Of a DNA stretch of 40,483 bases, positions 17,501-27,307 are shown piece by piece. The stretch spans positions 1 through 40,483 of the IMG/VR virus record IMGVR_UViG_3300035394_000219, one strand, 5' to 3'. Every line of letters begins with the position of its first letter. Within the stretch, counting starts at the first letter, position 1. Made by a program: the position numbers and the translations under genes. Below the pieces are notes generated by a model. It ran no database searches. It was not told where the DNA came from and saw only the letters and a list, made by a program, of their open reading frames with translations. The DNA is from a virus (Duplodnaviria; Caudoviricetes).

Positions 17501-17641
17501 ATCCTTGCGACTTTATGCCCCTACCCATATACGTATAAATTGAATATGCCGTCCCTCGATTCCGATACGACATCAATTAAATAATTTATATTACGTTTCT
17601 TAATAAACGTACTTTCCCAACAAAAAATAAATTTAGGAAAA

Positions 17642-18835
17642 ATGGCAACAAACAGAGACTTGCTTAAAGAAGCAATCGCAGATGCTAAAGCTGTAAAAGA
17701 AATGGCTATTGCAAATGCAAAAGCTGCTTTAGAAGAATCATTCACACCACAATTACAATCTATGCTATCTGCAAAACTTCAAGAAATGGAAGAAGAAGAA
17801 TTGGACGAAGTAGGATTTGGAAAAATGACAGCAGATTCAGACGAAGGATTCAGTGAAATGGATGAAAAAGCCCTTGATGAACTTGAAGAAGATGATATGG
17901 ATTTGGATGAACTTTTAAATGAGTTAAACGAAGAAGAAGTTGATTCTGAAGAAGATGGTGAACCTTTAAATTTAGAAGATATGACAGACGAAGATCTTAA
18001 AAAATTAATTGAAGATGTAATATCAGATATGGTTAGTTCAGGTGAACTAGAAGCTGGTGAAGGTGATGAAGAAGATGATGACTTAGAAGATGGTGAAGAT
18101 GAAGAAGAAGGTGATGGTGAGTTAGAAGATGGTGAAGATGAAGAAGAAATCAATTTAGATGAACTTTTAGCTGAAATAGAAGGTATGGATGAAGAGATGG
18201 AAGAAGAAGATTTAGATGAAGCATTTAGAGATATATTTAAAGGTGATGCATCAAAATTTATTTCCAATAATAAATCTGAAGCTGAGAAAATTATAGCAAT
18301 GAATGATAAAAAAGCAGCACTAGAAATAGCAGCCCCTCTCATTATAAAATTCAGAAACGAACAATTGAAAAAAGGACAAACACCAGATGCTGTTAGATCA
18401 GATGTATCAGACTTAAGACAAAAATTAGATTTAAGTGGATTAGGTGGTACTAGTAAAAATACAGTTTCAACATCAGAAAGTCTTCAATCAGAATTGGATG
18501 AAGCATTAGATACCATTAAAAATCTTCGTGGTGATTTGAATGAAGTTAATTTGTTGAATGCTAAATTGTTATTCACAAATAAAATCTTCAAAGCTAAAAA
18601 CTTGACTGAAAGTCAAAAAGTAAATGTACTTACAACATTTGATAAAGCAACAACAGTAAAAGAAGTTAAACTAGTATTTGAAACTTTAAACGATGGTTTA
18701 AAAGTTAAATCATCTAGAGTTAATGAAAATTATGGTAGTGCTTCAAAAGGAGTAGGAACAACAAAAACAAAACAACCGATATTAGAATCTGATCCAATGG
18801 TGGCTCGTTTTCAAAAATTGGCTGGTATAATTTAA
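17642..18835 (+). CDS. Prohead scaffolding protein (T4 gp22 equivalent)
   Basis: Extremely acidic with many L-x-E sites. LLKEAIADAKAVK N-terminus, EVNLLNAKLLF, C-terminal RFQKLAGI. Lies between protease and MCP. Confidence 0.85.
   Translation: MATNRDLLKEAIADAKAVKEMAIANAKAALEESFTPQLQSMLSAKLQEMEEEELDEVGFGKMTADSDEGFSEMDEKALDELEEDDMDLDELLNELNEEEVDSEEDGEPLNLEDMTDEDLKKLIEDVISDMVSSGELEAGEGDEEDDDLEDGEDEEEGDGELEDGEDEEEINLDELLAEIEGMDEEMEEEDLDEAFRDIFKGDASKFISNNKSEAEKIIAMNDKKAALEIAAPLIIKFRNEQLKKGQTPDAVRSDVSDLRQKLDLSGLGGTSKNTVSTSESLQSELDEALDTIKNLRGDLNEVNLLNAKLLFTNKIFKAKNLTESQKVNVLTTFDKATTVKEVKLVFETLNDGLKVKSSRVNENYGSASKGVGTTKTKQPILESDPMVARFQKLAGII
18083..18148 (+). repeat. 27-bp exact intragenic repeat, period 39
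   Basis: TTAGAAGATGGTGAAGATGAAGAAGAA at 18083 and 18122 (LEDGEDEEE x2). Confidence 0.8.
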
Positions 18836-18853
18836 TTTTAAAATAAAAAAACA

Positions 18854-20491
18854 ATGTCAAACATTAATTCACTTTTAGAAAGCTCTGCAAACGGTTGGAA
18901 AAATATGCAGAGTGATGCGGCTAGAATGGCTGCAAAATGGGGAAAGACAGGTTTGTTAGAAGGTCTTGGAAACGAGATTGAAAAAAACAATATGTCTTTA
19001 ATCCTTGAAAACCAAGCTAAACAACTTGTTGTTGAAACTTCAACTAACGGTACTACAGGTGGTACATTTACAGCAGGTGCTGGTCCACAATGGGCTGGAG
19101 TTGCTCTTCCATTGGTACGTAAAGTATTTGGTGCTATTTCTTCTAAAGAATTTGTATCTGTACAACCGATGAATCTTCCTTCAGGTCTCGTATTCTTCTT
19201 GGATTTCCAATATGATCAAACAAAACAATTACGTTTTGGCGGACCAGGTAATGCATTCACTTCACCATCTTCTATGTATGGTAATACAAACCCAGGCGCA
19301 GATTTTAATCCATCTGATGGTTTATATGGTGCCGGTCGTTTCGGTTACTCAATCAACCAATTCTCATCTTCAGCGGCACAAGTCACAGCTTCAGCTACTT
19401 GGGCTGATGTAAATTATGATGCTGAACTATCATCTTCAATTGCGGCTGGTGATTTGGTAAAAGTAATTGTAACAGGTCCTACTAATTTTGATGCTAAAGG
19501 AGTTCGTGCATTTGTATTAAGTGGTTCTACTATGAACCCTGCATTTGGTTTACCACAATATACATCTACTGATGGTACAGATATTACTTTTGTATTTGCC
19601 TCAGGTTCAGGTGCTTCTAATGGTACTGCTACTTTATTCTACAATATACAACCAGTTGATAATAATCGTGGAGATTTTGAAGATGCATCAGGTGCAGGAT
19701 ATACTAATGCACAATCTACATCAGGTGACCAATTGGCTATCCCACAGATTGATATCAAAATGAAATCAGAAGCAATTGTTGCTAAAACTCGTAAGTTGAA
19801 AGCACAATGGACACCTGAATTCGCACAAGATTTGAATGCTTATCAAGCATTAGATGCTGAAGCAGAATTAACGTCAATTATGTCTGAGTATATTTCATTA
19901 GAAATTGACTTAGAGGTATTAGATATGTTGATCCAAGATGCTTCTGCTGCAGATGAGTACTGGTCAGCTGTGAATAACAAATCATTAAATTCTGCTAAAA
20001 CAGGATATGATTCATTAGGTTTCTACAATACACAAGGACAATGGTTTCAAACTTTAGGAACTAAAATGCAAAAAGTAAGTAATAAAATCCATCAGAAAAC
20101 ACTTCGTGGTGGTGCTAACTTCTTAATATGTTCCCCATCAGTAGGAACGATTTTAGAATCAATCCCAGGATTTGCTGCATCATCTGATGGTGATGTTACT
20201 AAAGCGTCTTACGCATTCGGTATCCAAAAAGCAGGTCAAATGAATAGCCGTTATACAGTTTATAAGAATCCTTATATGACTGAAAACGTTATTTTGATGG
20301 GTTATAGAGGATCTCAGTTCTTAGAAACAGGTGCTGTATTTGCTCCATATATTCCATTAATCATGACTCCACTTGTATATGATCCAGAAACGTTTACTCC
20401 ACGTAAAGGTTTATTGACTCGTTACGCTAAGAAAATGATAAGACCGGAATTTTATGGTCGTATATTTGTTAGTGATTTAGCTTCTGTATAA
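18854..20491 (+). CDS. Major capsid protein (T4 gp23-like)
   Basis: LILENQ, LPLVRKVF, VSVQPMNLPSGLVF, AKTRKLKAQWTPEFAQDL, EIDLE, APYIPL, FTPRKGLLTRY. Confidence 0.97.
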   Translation: MSNINSLLESSANGWKNMQSDAARMAAKWGKTGLLEGLGNEIEKNNMSLILENQAKQLVVETSTNGTTGGTFTAGAGPQWAGVALPLVRKVFGAISSKEFVSVQPMNLPSGLVFFLDFQYDQTKQLRFGGPGNAFTSPSSMYGNTNPGADFNPSDGLYGAGRFGYSINQFSSSAAQVTASATWADVNYDAELSSSIAAGDLVKVIVTGPTNFDAKGVRAFVLSGSTMNPAFGLPQYTSTDGTDITFVFASGSGASNGTATLFYNIQPVDNNRGDFEDASGAGYTNAQSTSGDQLAIPQIDIKMKSEAIVAKTRKLKAQWTPEFAQDLNAYQALDAEAELTSIMSEYISLEIDLEVLDMLIQDASAADEYWSAVNNKSLNSAKTGYDSLGFYNTQGQWFQTLGTKMQKVSNKIHQKTLRGGANFLICSPSVGTILESIPGFAASSDGDVTKASYAFGIQKAGQMNSRYTVYKNPYMTENVILMGYRGSQFLETGAVFAPYIPLIMTPLVYDPETFTPRKGLLTRYAKKMIRPEFYGRIFVSDLASV

Positions 20492-20517
20492 GAAAATAAT
20501 CATAATATTTCTTTAAG

Positions 20518-20543
20518 AGCCTGGCAATAGCCAGGCTTTTTTT
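20518..20543 (+). terminator. Rho-independent terminator after MCP (direct repeat copy 1)
   Basis: AGCCTGGC-AATA-GCCAGGCT plus T-run. Confidence 0.9.
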
Positions 20544-20588
20544 GTATATTAATAATATGTATGTTCGATACATTAAATATATGTTAGG

Positions 20589-22100
20589 ATGAAAAAGAAA
20601 TATGATAAGAAGATTATACAATATTCATTGGATGGAGATATCATAGAATTATTCGAAAGTGCTAAATTAGCTACCAATATAGTAAATTATGATTCTATAA
20701 TAAATTGCTGTAGGGGAAAATATAAAACAGCAGGAGGATACATATGGAGATTTGAAGGAGATGATTTTTCTATATCATATGATAAAAAAATTAATGGTAA
20801 AAATCATATATGTGGAATATGTAAATCATCCGAAACAATTCGCTCTATGAATATGCATTTAAAATGGGTACATAATATTTCAACAGAAGAATATATTACT
20901 CAGCATGGAGAATTTCGCCCTAAACAATTAAAAAATAAAACTAAACTCAACCCATCATTTACTTGTAAAGAATGTGGAATACCATTAAATGGTAATAGAC
21001 ACCTAATGTTTCATATCAATAAAACCCACCCAGAATTAACCAAAAGTGAATATATTATAAAACATATGTTAAATGGGGATGAACCAATATGTAAATGTGG
21101 TTGTGGGGAAAAAGTTAAAATATTAGAGAATGGTAGGAATTGTGACTTGCAAAAAGATACATACCATAGAGATTATATAAAAGGTCATATTGATTGGGAT
21201 GTATTTTCTAGTACTGGTAAACAATCTAAAGAAGAAATAGAATTATTAGAATATATACAATCAATATATGATGGTAAAATCCAAACAAATATTAAAAATA
21301 TAATCCCAAGAAATGAAATAGACATATTCCTCCCAGAATTATCAATAGGAATAGAATATAATGGTCTATACTGGCATTCTGAAAAAGGAGGAAGAATGAA
21401 AGATTATCATATAAATAAAACTAACCACTGTTCCTCTAAAAATATTCACCTTATACAAATATTTTCTGATGAATGGTTAAACAAAAAAGAAATAATTAAA
21501 AGTAAACTTCAATCCATACTAAAAGTTACCCCTAAACAAAATACAATATATGCTCGAAAATGTTATGTTGGTGTTATTACCCCAAAGCAAAAAAATGAAT
21601 TTTTAAAGAAATATCATATACAAGGAGAAGATAGAAGTTCTATTAAATTAGGGTTATTTCATGGAGAAAATATTGTAGCTGTTATGACATTTTCCCATCC
21701 TAGAATTTCATTAGGTGCATCTAAAAATTCCCCCAACACATATGAATTATCACGATATGCTTCATCACATAATGTTATAGGAGGAGCCTCTAAACTCATC
21801 AAATATTTCACCCAAAAATACACCCCATCCCAAATATATTCATACTCAGATAATAGATGGACCAACCCAGATAAAAATATGTATTTAACTATAGGTTTTT
21901 CAAAATCATCTAATTCATCACCTGGGTATTTTTACACAAAAAATTTTTTACAAAGAATACATAGGTATAATTTTACAAAACATCACCTAAAAAAAATGGG
22001 AGCAGATGTTGAAACAAAAACAGAATATCAAATTATGCAAGAAATGGGATATACTCGTGTGTGGGATTGTGGTTCTACAAAATATATTTTAAATTTATAA
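20589..22100 (+). CDS. Free-standing putative homing endonuclease (NUMOD1, Zn fingers, Vsr-like nuclease, C-terminal GNAT-like domain)
   Basis: IIQYSLDG...CCRGKYKTAGGYIW; two CxxC..H...H; CKCGCG; EIDIFLPELSIGIEYNGLYWH; YELSRY...GGASKL...SYSDNRW...VWDCG. Confidence 0.8.
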   Translation: MKKKYDKKIIQYSLDGDIIELFESAKLATNIVNYDSIINCCRGKYKTAGGYIWRFEGDDFSISYDKKINGKNHICGICKSSETIRSMNMHLKWVHNISTEEYITQHGEFRPKQLKNKTKLNPSFTCKECGIPLNGNRHLMFHINKTHPELTKSEYIIKHMLNGDEPICKCGCGEKVKILENGRNCDLQKDTYHRDYIKGHIDWDVFSSTGKQSKEEIELLEYIQSIYDGKIQTNIKNIIPRNEIDIFLPELSIGIEYNGLYWHSEKGGRMKDYHINKTNHCSSKNIHLIQIFSDEWLNKKEIIKSKLQSILKVTPKQNTIYARKCYVGVITPKQKNEFLKKYHIQGEDRSSIKLGLFHGENIVAVMTFSHPRISLGASKNSPNTYELSRYASSHNVIGGASKLIKYFTQKYTPSQIYSYSDNRWTNPDKNMYLTIGFSKSSNSSPGYFYTKNFLQRIHRYNFTKHHLKKMGADVETKTEYQIMQEMGYTRVWDCGSTKYILNL

Positions 22101-22112
22101 TACCCCCAATAC

Positions 22113-22143
22113 CCTGGCAATAGTCAGGCTTTTTTTATATATT
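22113..22143 (+). terminator. Terminator copy 2 (direct repeat of 20520-20550)
   Basis: CCTGGCAATAGTCAGGCTTTTTTTATATATT, 29/31 identical to copy 1. Confidence 0.8.
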
Positions 22144-22162
22144 TATTAACAAATAATATTAT

Positions 22163-22861
22163 ATGAGTGATTTTAATAGAACACCAGAAGCACAAGAAGT
22201 TTTTAAATCAAAAAGAAAACCAAAAGGATCAATTAAATTTAAAATTTCATTGAATGAAGAACAAAAAGAAGCAAAAGAAAAAATCCTAAAAAAACCATAT
22301 ACCTTACTTAGAGGAGCTGCTGGTTCTGGGAAAACATTACTAGCAACTAATATAGCTCTTGATTTATTTTTTAAAGGAGAAATCGAACAAATTATTATTA
22401 CTCGCCCAACAGTATCAAAAGAAGATATTGGATTTCTTCCAGGTGACTTAAAAGATAAGATGGACCCATGGTTAGCACCTATATATGATAATTTATATAT
22501 GTTATATAATAAGGATAAAATTGAGAAAATGTTGGCAGAAAATCAAATTGTTATTGCTCCATTTGCATTTCTTAGAGGAAGAACATTTTGTAATTCTGTT
22601 ATCATAGTAGATGAATGTCAAAATATAACTCATAATCAAACTGAATTGATATTAGGTAGATTAGGGACCGAATCAAAAATGATATTTTGTGGAGACCTCC
22701 GCCAATCCGATTTAAAATTTAAAAAAGATTCAGGTATATCATTCTTTACCAAATTAGAATGTGAAACCCCAGATGATGTTCAAGTAATTAATTTAAAAAA
22801 AAATCACAGACACCCAGCAGTAGAAAGAGTTTTAAAAGTATACGAAGACTACCAGGATTAA
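22163..22861 (+). CDS. phoH: PhoH-family ATPase
   Basis: GAAGSGKT, IIITRP, IGFLPGDLKDKMDPW, FLRGRTF, IVDECQN, GDLRQSD, HRHP. Confidence 0.95.
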   Translation: MSDFNRTPEAQEVFKSKRKPKGSIKFKISLNEEQKEAKEKILKKPYTLLRGAAGSGKTLLATNIALDLFFKGEIEQIIITRPTVSKEDIGFLPGDLKDKMDPWLAPIYDNLYMLYNKDKIEKMLAENQIVIAPFAFLRGRTFCNSVIIVDECQNITHNQTELILGRLGTESKMIFCGDLRQSDLKFKKDSGISFFTKLECETPDDVQVINLKKNHRHPAVERVLKVYEDYQD

Positions 22862-22911
22862 TAAATATAATATTTGAGGTTATTTTTTAATATTTATAAT
22901 AAAAATATAAA

Positions 22912-23358
22912 ATGGCATCTACATTAAATCCAACTACTTTCAAAGTAAAAATAATAGAAGAACAAATTGTTCGTAATAATGTAATTAAAAATGAAGTAAC
23001 TTACACTATAGGAAATGTTACTAATGTAGATCATAGAGTATTAACATGCCCTAACACTACATCTGTAGATTTATTTAATATAAATGGTCCAACTCCTGGA
23101 GCAGGTACATTTCCTTCAAGTAGTTTAAAATATGTTCGTATTACTAATTTAGATGATACTTACAATATTGCTATAATAGTAAGTGGATCTCAAGGTGCTT
23201 TTACACAAGAATTAACTCCAACTTCTTCTATGTTTATAGTGAGTTCAAATATTACTTCTAGTAATTTTTCCGGTATTTTTGGAGATAATATAGAATACGT
23301 TAAAGCATATGCTATTAGTAGTAGTATAGATTTAGAATATACATTAATAAACGCTTAA
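22912..23358 (+). CDS. Putative virion (head/neck decoration) protein
   Basis: 148 aa, beta-rich, KYVRITNLDD; promoter motif at 22890. Confidence 0.6.
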   Translation: MASTLNPTTFKVKIIEEQIVRNNVIKNEVTYTIGNVTNVDHRVLTCPNTTSVDLFNINGPTPGAGTFPSSSLKYVRITNLDDTYNIAIIVSGSQGAFTQELTPTSSMFIVSSNITSSNFSGIFGDNIEYVKAYAISSSIDLEYTLINA

Positions 23359-23362
23359 TTAT

Positions 23363-24514
23363 ATGAATATCCCAATTTGGCCCGGATCCAGTTCATTCCA
23401 ACCCGGAGAAACTCCTTTTGGATTTTATGATAATGATCCACAATTTCAAGCTGATGCTGATAAATTTGCTTTATTTGCTTCTCGAAGATTAGGATATCCT
23501 ATTGTAGATATTGAATTACAAGATTTAAACTTCTATGCAGCATTTGAAGAAGCAATTACTACTTATGGTAATGAATTATATGCATATTCCGCACAAGAAA
23601 ACTTATTAACCTTTCAAGGATCATCAACAACCATAGGACCAGCAAATAACCAATTAATCCAACCAAATTTAAGTTCAGAAATCAGATTATCTGATCAATA
23701 TGGGACAGAAGCAGGTGTTGGTGGTAATGTTACTTGGTATTCTGCATCTATCCAATTAAAACATGGAGTTCAAGATTATAATCTCACAGAATGGGCTTTA
23801 AATTTGGGAGTTGCTGAAGGTGATTTAGAAGTTAAACGTGTATTTTATGAGGCTGCACCAGCTATTGTAAGATACTTTGACCCATATGCCGGTACAGGAA
23901 CAGGTATGATGCAATTATTAGATAGTTTTGGATTTGGTGGATATTCACCTGCCGTAAATTTTTTAATGATGCCTATCAATTATGACTTACAAAAATTACA
24001 AGCAATTGAATTTAATGATCAAATCAGACGGTCCCAATTTTCATTTGAACTTATAAATAATAATTTAAGGATATTCCCTATTCCTGATGGAGGGATGCAA
24101 ACCACATTTATCCAATATATTAAAAAATCAGATAGAAATAATCCATATATTAATAGTGGAGTAGGAAGTATAGTTACAAATGTATCTAATGTCCCGTATG
24201 AAAATCCAAATTATACTCAAATCAACTCAGTAGGAAGACAATGGATTTTTGAATATGCTTTAGCAATAGTTAAAGAAATTTTAGGGTATGTTAGAGGTAA
24301 ATATTCTACTATTCCAATACCAAACGCCGAAGTAACGCTTAATCAAAGTGATTTAATAACTGCGGCCACTACTGAAAGAAATGCGTTGATCGAGCGTTTA
24401 CGAGCTTATTTTGACGGCACATCACGACAAAGCTTACTAGAAAGAAAAGCAGCTGAAGCAACAAGTCAAAAAAGCATATTAAATGAAGTTCCAATGGTGA
24501 TCTTTATAGGATAA
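23363..24514 (+). CDS. Neck protein / head-tail adaptor (T4 gp13-like)
   Basis: RRLGYPIVDIEL, WIFEYALAIVKEILGYVRGKY, C-terminal PMVIFIG. Confidence 0.85.
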   Translation: MNIPIWPGSSSFQPGETPFGFYDNDPQFQADADKFALFASRRLGYPIVDIELQDLNFYAAFEEAITTYGNELYAYSAQENLLTFQGSSTTIGPANNQLIQPNLSSEIRLSDQYGTEAGVGGNVTWYSASIQLKHGVQDYNLTEWALNLGVAEGDLEVKRVFYEAAPAIVRYFDPYAGTGTGMMQLLDSFGFGGYSPAVNFLMMPINYDLQKLQAIEFNDQIRRSQFSFELINNNLRIFPIPDGGMQTTFIQYIKKSDRNNPYINSGVGSIVTNVSNVPYENPNYTQINSVGRQWIFEYALAIVKEILGYVRGKYSTIPIPNAEVTLNQSDLITAATTERNALIERLRAYFDGTSRQSLLERKAAEATSQKSILNEVPMVIFIG

Positions 24515-24545
24515 TATGGTTAGTATATATAAAATAATATAAAAT

Positions 24546-25070
24546 ATGTGTGCATTATTTGGAGGAGCAAGAGATATATCTTTATTTAGAGGTTTAAATA
24601 GAGAACTTATTTCAGATATAATTACTCAACAATGTATTTACTATAAATTTAAATTAGAAGAAACTAAAGTAAATATGTATGGGGAGGCTGCTGGTACTAA
24701 ATTTTATCATGATCCTGTAATATTTAATGCTTTAATATCTCGTGGTGATCAAACACAACCAACAGATGAATTTGGTGTTTCATTTGGGTGGGATCTTGAA
24801 TTTAGATTCTTTAGAGATGATTTAGTTGATGCTAATGTTATCCCTGAAGTAGGAGATATTATAATGTATCAAGATGCATATTATGAAGTAGATAATACAA
24901 ATGCTAATCAATTCTTTATAGGAAAAGACCCAGATTTCCCTAATTATGATGATAACGGAATTAACCCATTAAATCCGGGATTGGAAAATTTTGGTACAAG
25001 TATATCAATTATATGTGTTGCTCATTATACCCCTGCCGATAAGGTAGCTATCCTTCGCGAAAGAATATAA
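24546..25070 (+). CDS. Neck/head-closure protein (T4 gp14-like)
   Basis: VNMYGE, FGV, PEVGDII; synteny after gp13. Confidence 0.7.
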   Translation: MCALFGGARDISLFRGLNRELISDIITQQCIYYKFKLEETKVNMYGEAAGTKFYHDPVIFNALISRGDQTQPTDEFGVSFGWDLEFRFFRDDLVDANVIPEVGDIIMYQDAYYEVDNTNANQFFIGKDPDFPNYDDNGINPLNPGLENFGTSISIICVAHYTPADKVAILRERI

Positions 25071-25073
25071 CAT

Positions 25074-26345
25074 ATGACTCAATATAAAAAACCCGTACCA
25101 AAATCTCAAAAAGAGATATCAAATAAACAGGTTAACCCATATATTAATCCTGAGAATGGAGAGACTCTGGGTAATCCAAATATACCATCTGAATTTCAAC
25201 AATTTACACCCACAGAACAAAACGGTATAAATTTTAATAGATCAGAAAAATTATCATTTATAAATGATCATACTAAACCATTTTCAGTTAGTATACAAGA
25301 TATAGATGAATCAGTATTATTTTATTTTGAAAATATTATTAGACCTTATGTTTATCAAAATGGTGTAAAAATACCTGTACCTTTAATTTATGGTGCTCCA
25401 GAAAAATGGAAATCTGTTCAAAAAGATGGGTATTATAAAGATAAAAATGGTAAAATTATGTCTCCTATTATCGTGTTTAAACGTGATGGTATGGAAAAAA
25501 ATAGAAGTATTACAAATAAATTAGATGCTAATAATCCCCATTTATATACTTCTTGGCAAAAATCATATAATGCAAAGAATTCATATTCTAATTTTAATGT
25601 TTTAAATAATCGAGCACCAACACAACAATTTATAACTAATGTAGTACCTGATTATGTTACTCTAACTTATAGTTTTATAATACAAACATATTACGTAGAA
25701 CAATTAAATAAAATTACCGAAGCTATAAATTATGCTTCAGATTCATATTGGGGTGATCCTGAACGTTTTAAATTTAAAGCTAATATAAATGGATATACTA
25801 ATGTAACAGAATTAGCCCAAAATGATGATAGAATTGTTAGAAGTACTTTTACTCTTACAATGTATGGATATATAGTACCGGATACAATTCAAAAAGATGC
25901 TACAGCTATTAAAAAATATAATAGTAGATCTAAAATAACCATTGGAATGGAGGTAACAGATTCTGTAGCAGAAGTAGTAACAACAACAAATAGAAGAAGA
26001 CCAACAAACCCAACATCATTTTTCCCTTCTGGAGGTGGTTCTGGTGGTGGTGTGGATCCGGTTACTATAACGTATTTAAACACGAATATACAAAAATTAG
26101 GCACATATGTTAACCCAACAACTATAACATTTAATAGCGGCTGGTTAATATCACCACAAGGTTTACCTCCAACATCTATAAATAATTTTACTTTATTCTG
26201 TAATGGTGCTTTAATAGAGCTAGCAGCTATAGTTTCATTTACAGAATCAGCAGGAGTAACAACATTAATAATAAATCCATCTGCTCTTGGATATAGTTTT
26301 AGCCCTACAGATGAAGTAATAGCAATAGGAAAATTTAATAGCTAA
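25074..26345 (+). CDS. Tail terminator / sheath stabiliser (T4 gp15-like) with C-terminal appended domain
   Basis: IPVPLIYGAPEKW, VPDYVTLTY, EQLNKITE, FTLTMYGYI; GGGSGGG linker then a ~95-aa beta domain. Confidence 0.75.
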   Translation: MTQYKKPVPKSQKEISNKQVNPYINPENGETLGNPNIPSEFQQFTPTEQNGINFNRSEKLSFINDHTKPFSVSIQDIDESVLFYFENIIRPYVYQNGVKIPVPLIYGAPEKWKSVQKDGYYKDKNGKIMSPIIVFKRDGMEKNRSITNKLDANNPHLYTSWQKSYNAKNSYSNFNVLNNRAPTQQFITNVVPDYVTLTYSFIIQTYYVEQLNKITEAINYASDSYWGDPERFKFKANINGYTNVTELAQNDDRIVRSTFTLTMYGYIVPDTIQKDATAIKKYNSRSKITIGMEVTDSVAEVVTTTNRRRPTNPTSFFPSGGGSGGGVDPVTITYLNTNIQKLGTYVNPTTITFNSGWLISPQGLPPTSINNFTLFCNGALIELAAIVSFTESAGVTTLIINPSALGYSFSPTDEVIAIGKFNS

Positions 26346-27295
26346 TGGCAATAATCAAACCAGAACAACTATCCGCAGGATTATATAATATAAGTGGATC
26401 ATTTTCAGGTTCATTTCATGGAGATGGTAGTGATTTAACGAATTTACCAACACAATCATTTGATACTGGTTCATTTATTACAACAAGCTCTTTCAATGCG
26501 TTTATAGGTTCATATAATACAGGATCATTTACTGGTTCATTTATTGGAAATGGTAGCGGGTTAACCAACTTACCAACACAATCATTTGATACTGGTTCAT
26601 TTATTTTAACATCATCTTTTAATGCGTTTACAAGTTCAATATATTCATTTACTAGCTCAATATCTAGTAGTATAGATAGTTTAACTAATGCTACCTCAAG
26701 TTATATTTTGAATTCACAAACAAGTTCAATGTTTGTTTCAAGTTCAGTACATGCTAATTCCTCTTCTATTGCTATATCTAGTTCATATGCTTTAAGTGCA
26801 AGTTATGCATCTTCATCACAATCCTCTAGTTTTGCTACATCTGCATCTTATACTTTAAGTGCTTCATATTCATTAACATCTTCATACACACAAAACTCAC
26901 AAACTGCATCGTATGCTTTACAAGCAGTAAGTTCGAGCTTTGCTTCAACAGCATCGTATGCTTTAAATATAACATCTACAATTGGAATGAGAGTGTACAC
27001 AGACGACACCTTTATTGCAGAAGGTTCAAAAGGATTTAGACACATCGGCAGTGATTCAGTAATTTCAAAAACACGCACATTAGCCAACACTAACGGGTAT
27101 ATTGAAGTTGATGTGAAGAGAAATGGTGCCGTACTAGGTACTATTAGTCTATCAAACCAATCTTCATCAATAGACAATACCTTGACGGGTTGGACTACAC
27201 AACTAAACACTGATGACCTAATAGAATTTTATGTTAGTCAATCATCTATATATATAACAGATGTATCAATATTTATTGATATACAATCAACATAA
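26345..27295 (+). CDS. Ser-rich fibre/decoration protein
   Basis: GSFxGSFxGDGSxLT repeats, ASYA/SSYA shaft repeats, C-terminal beta domain. Confidence 0.7.
   Translation: MAIIKPEQLSAGLYNISGSFSGSFHGDGSDLTNLPTQSFDTGSFITTSSFNAFIGSYNTGSFTGSFIGNGSGLTNLPTQSFDTGSFILTSSFNAFTSSIYSFTSSISSSIDSLTNATSSYILNSQTSSMFVSSSVHANSSSIAISSSYALSASYASSSQSSSFATSASYTLSASYSLTSSYTQNSQTASYALQAVSSSFASTASYALNITSTIGMRVYTDDTFIAEGSKGFRHIGSDSVISKTRTLANTNGYIEVDVKRNGAVLGTISLSNQSSSIDNTLTGWTTQLNTDDLIEFYVSQSSIYITDVSIFIDIQST
26444..26605 (+). repeat. 36-bp exact intragenic repeat, period 126 (42-aa module duplication)
   Basis: TTACCAACACAATCATTTGATACTGGTTCATTTATT at 26444 and 26570. Confidence 0.85.
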
Positions 27296-27307
27296 TAAAA
27301 TAAATAA

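Noticed and set aside
10516-20491. Introns or inteins in terminase, portal or capsid
   Set aside because: The ORFs are continuous and of normal length, with no intein C/HN motifs or embedded endonuclease.
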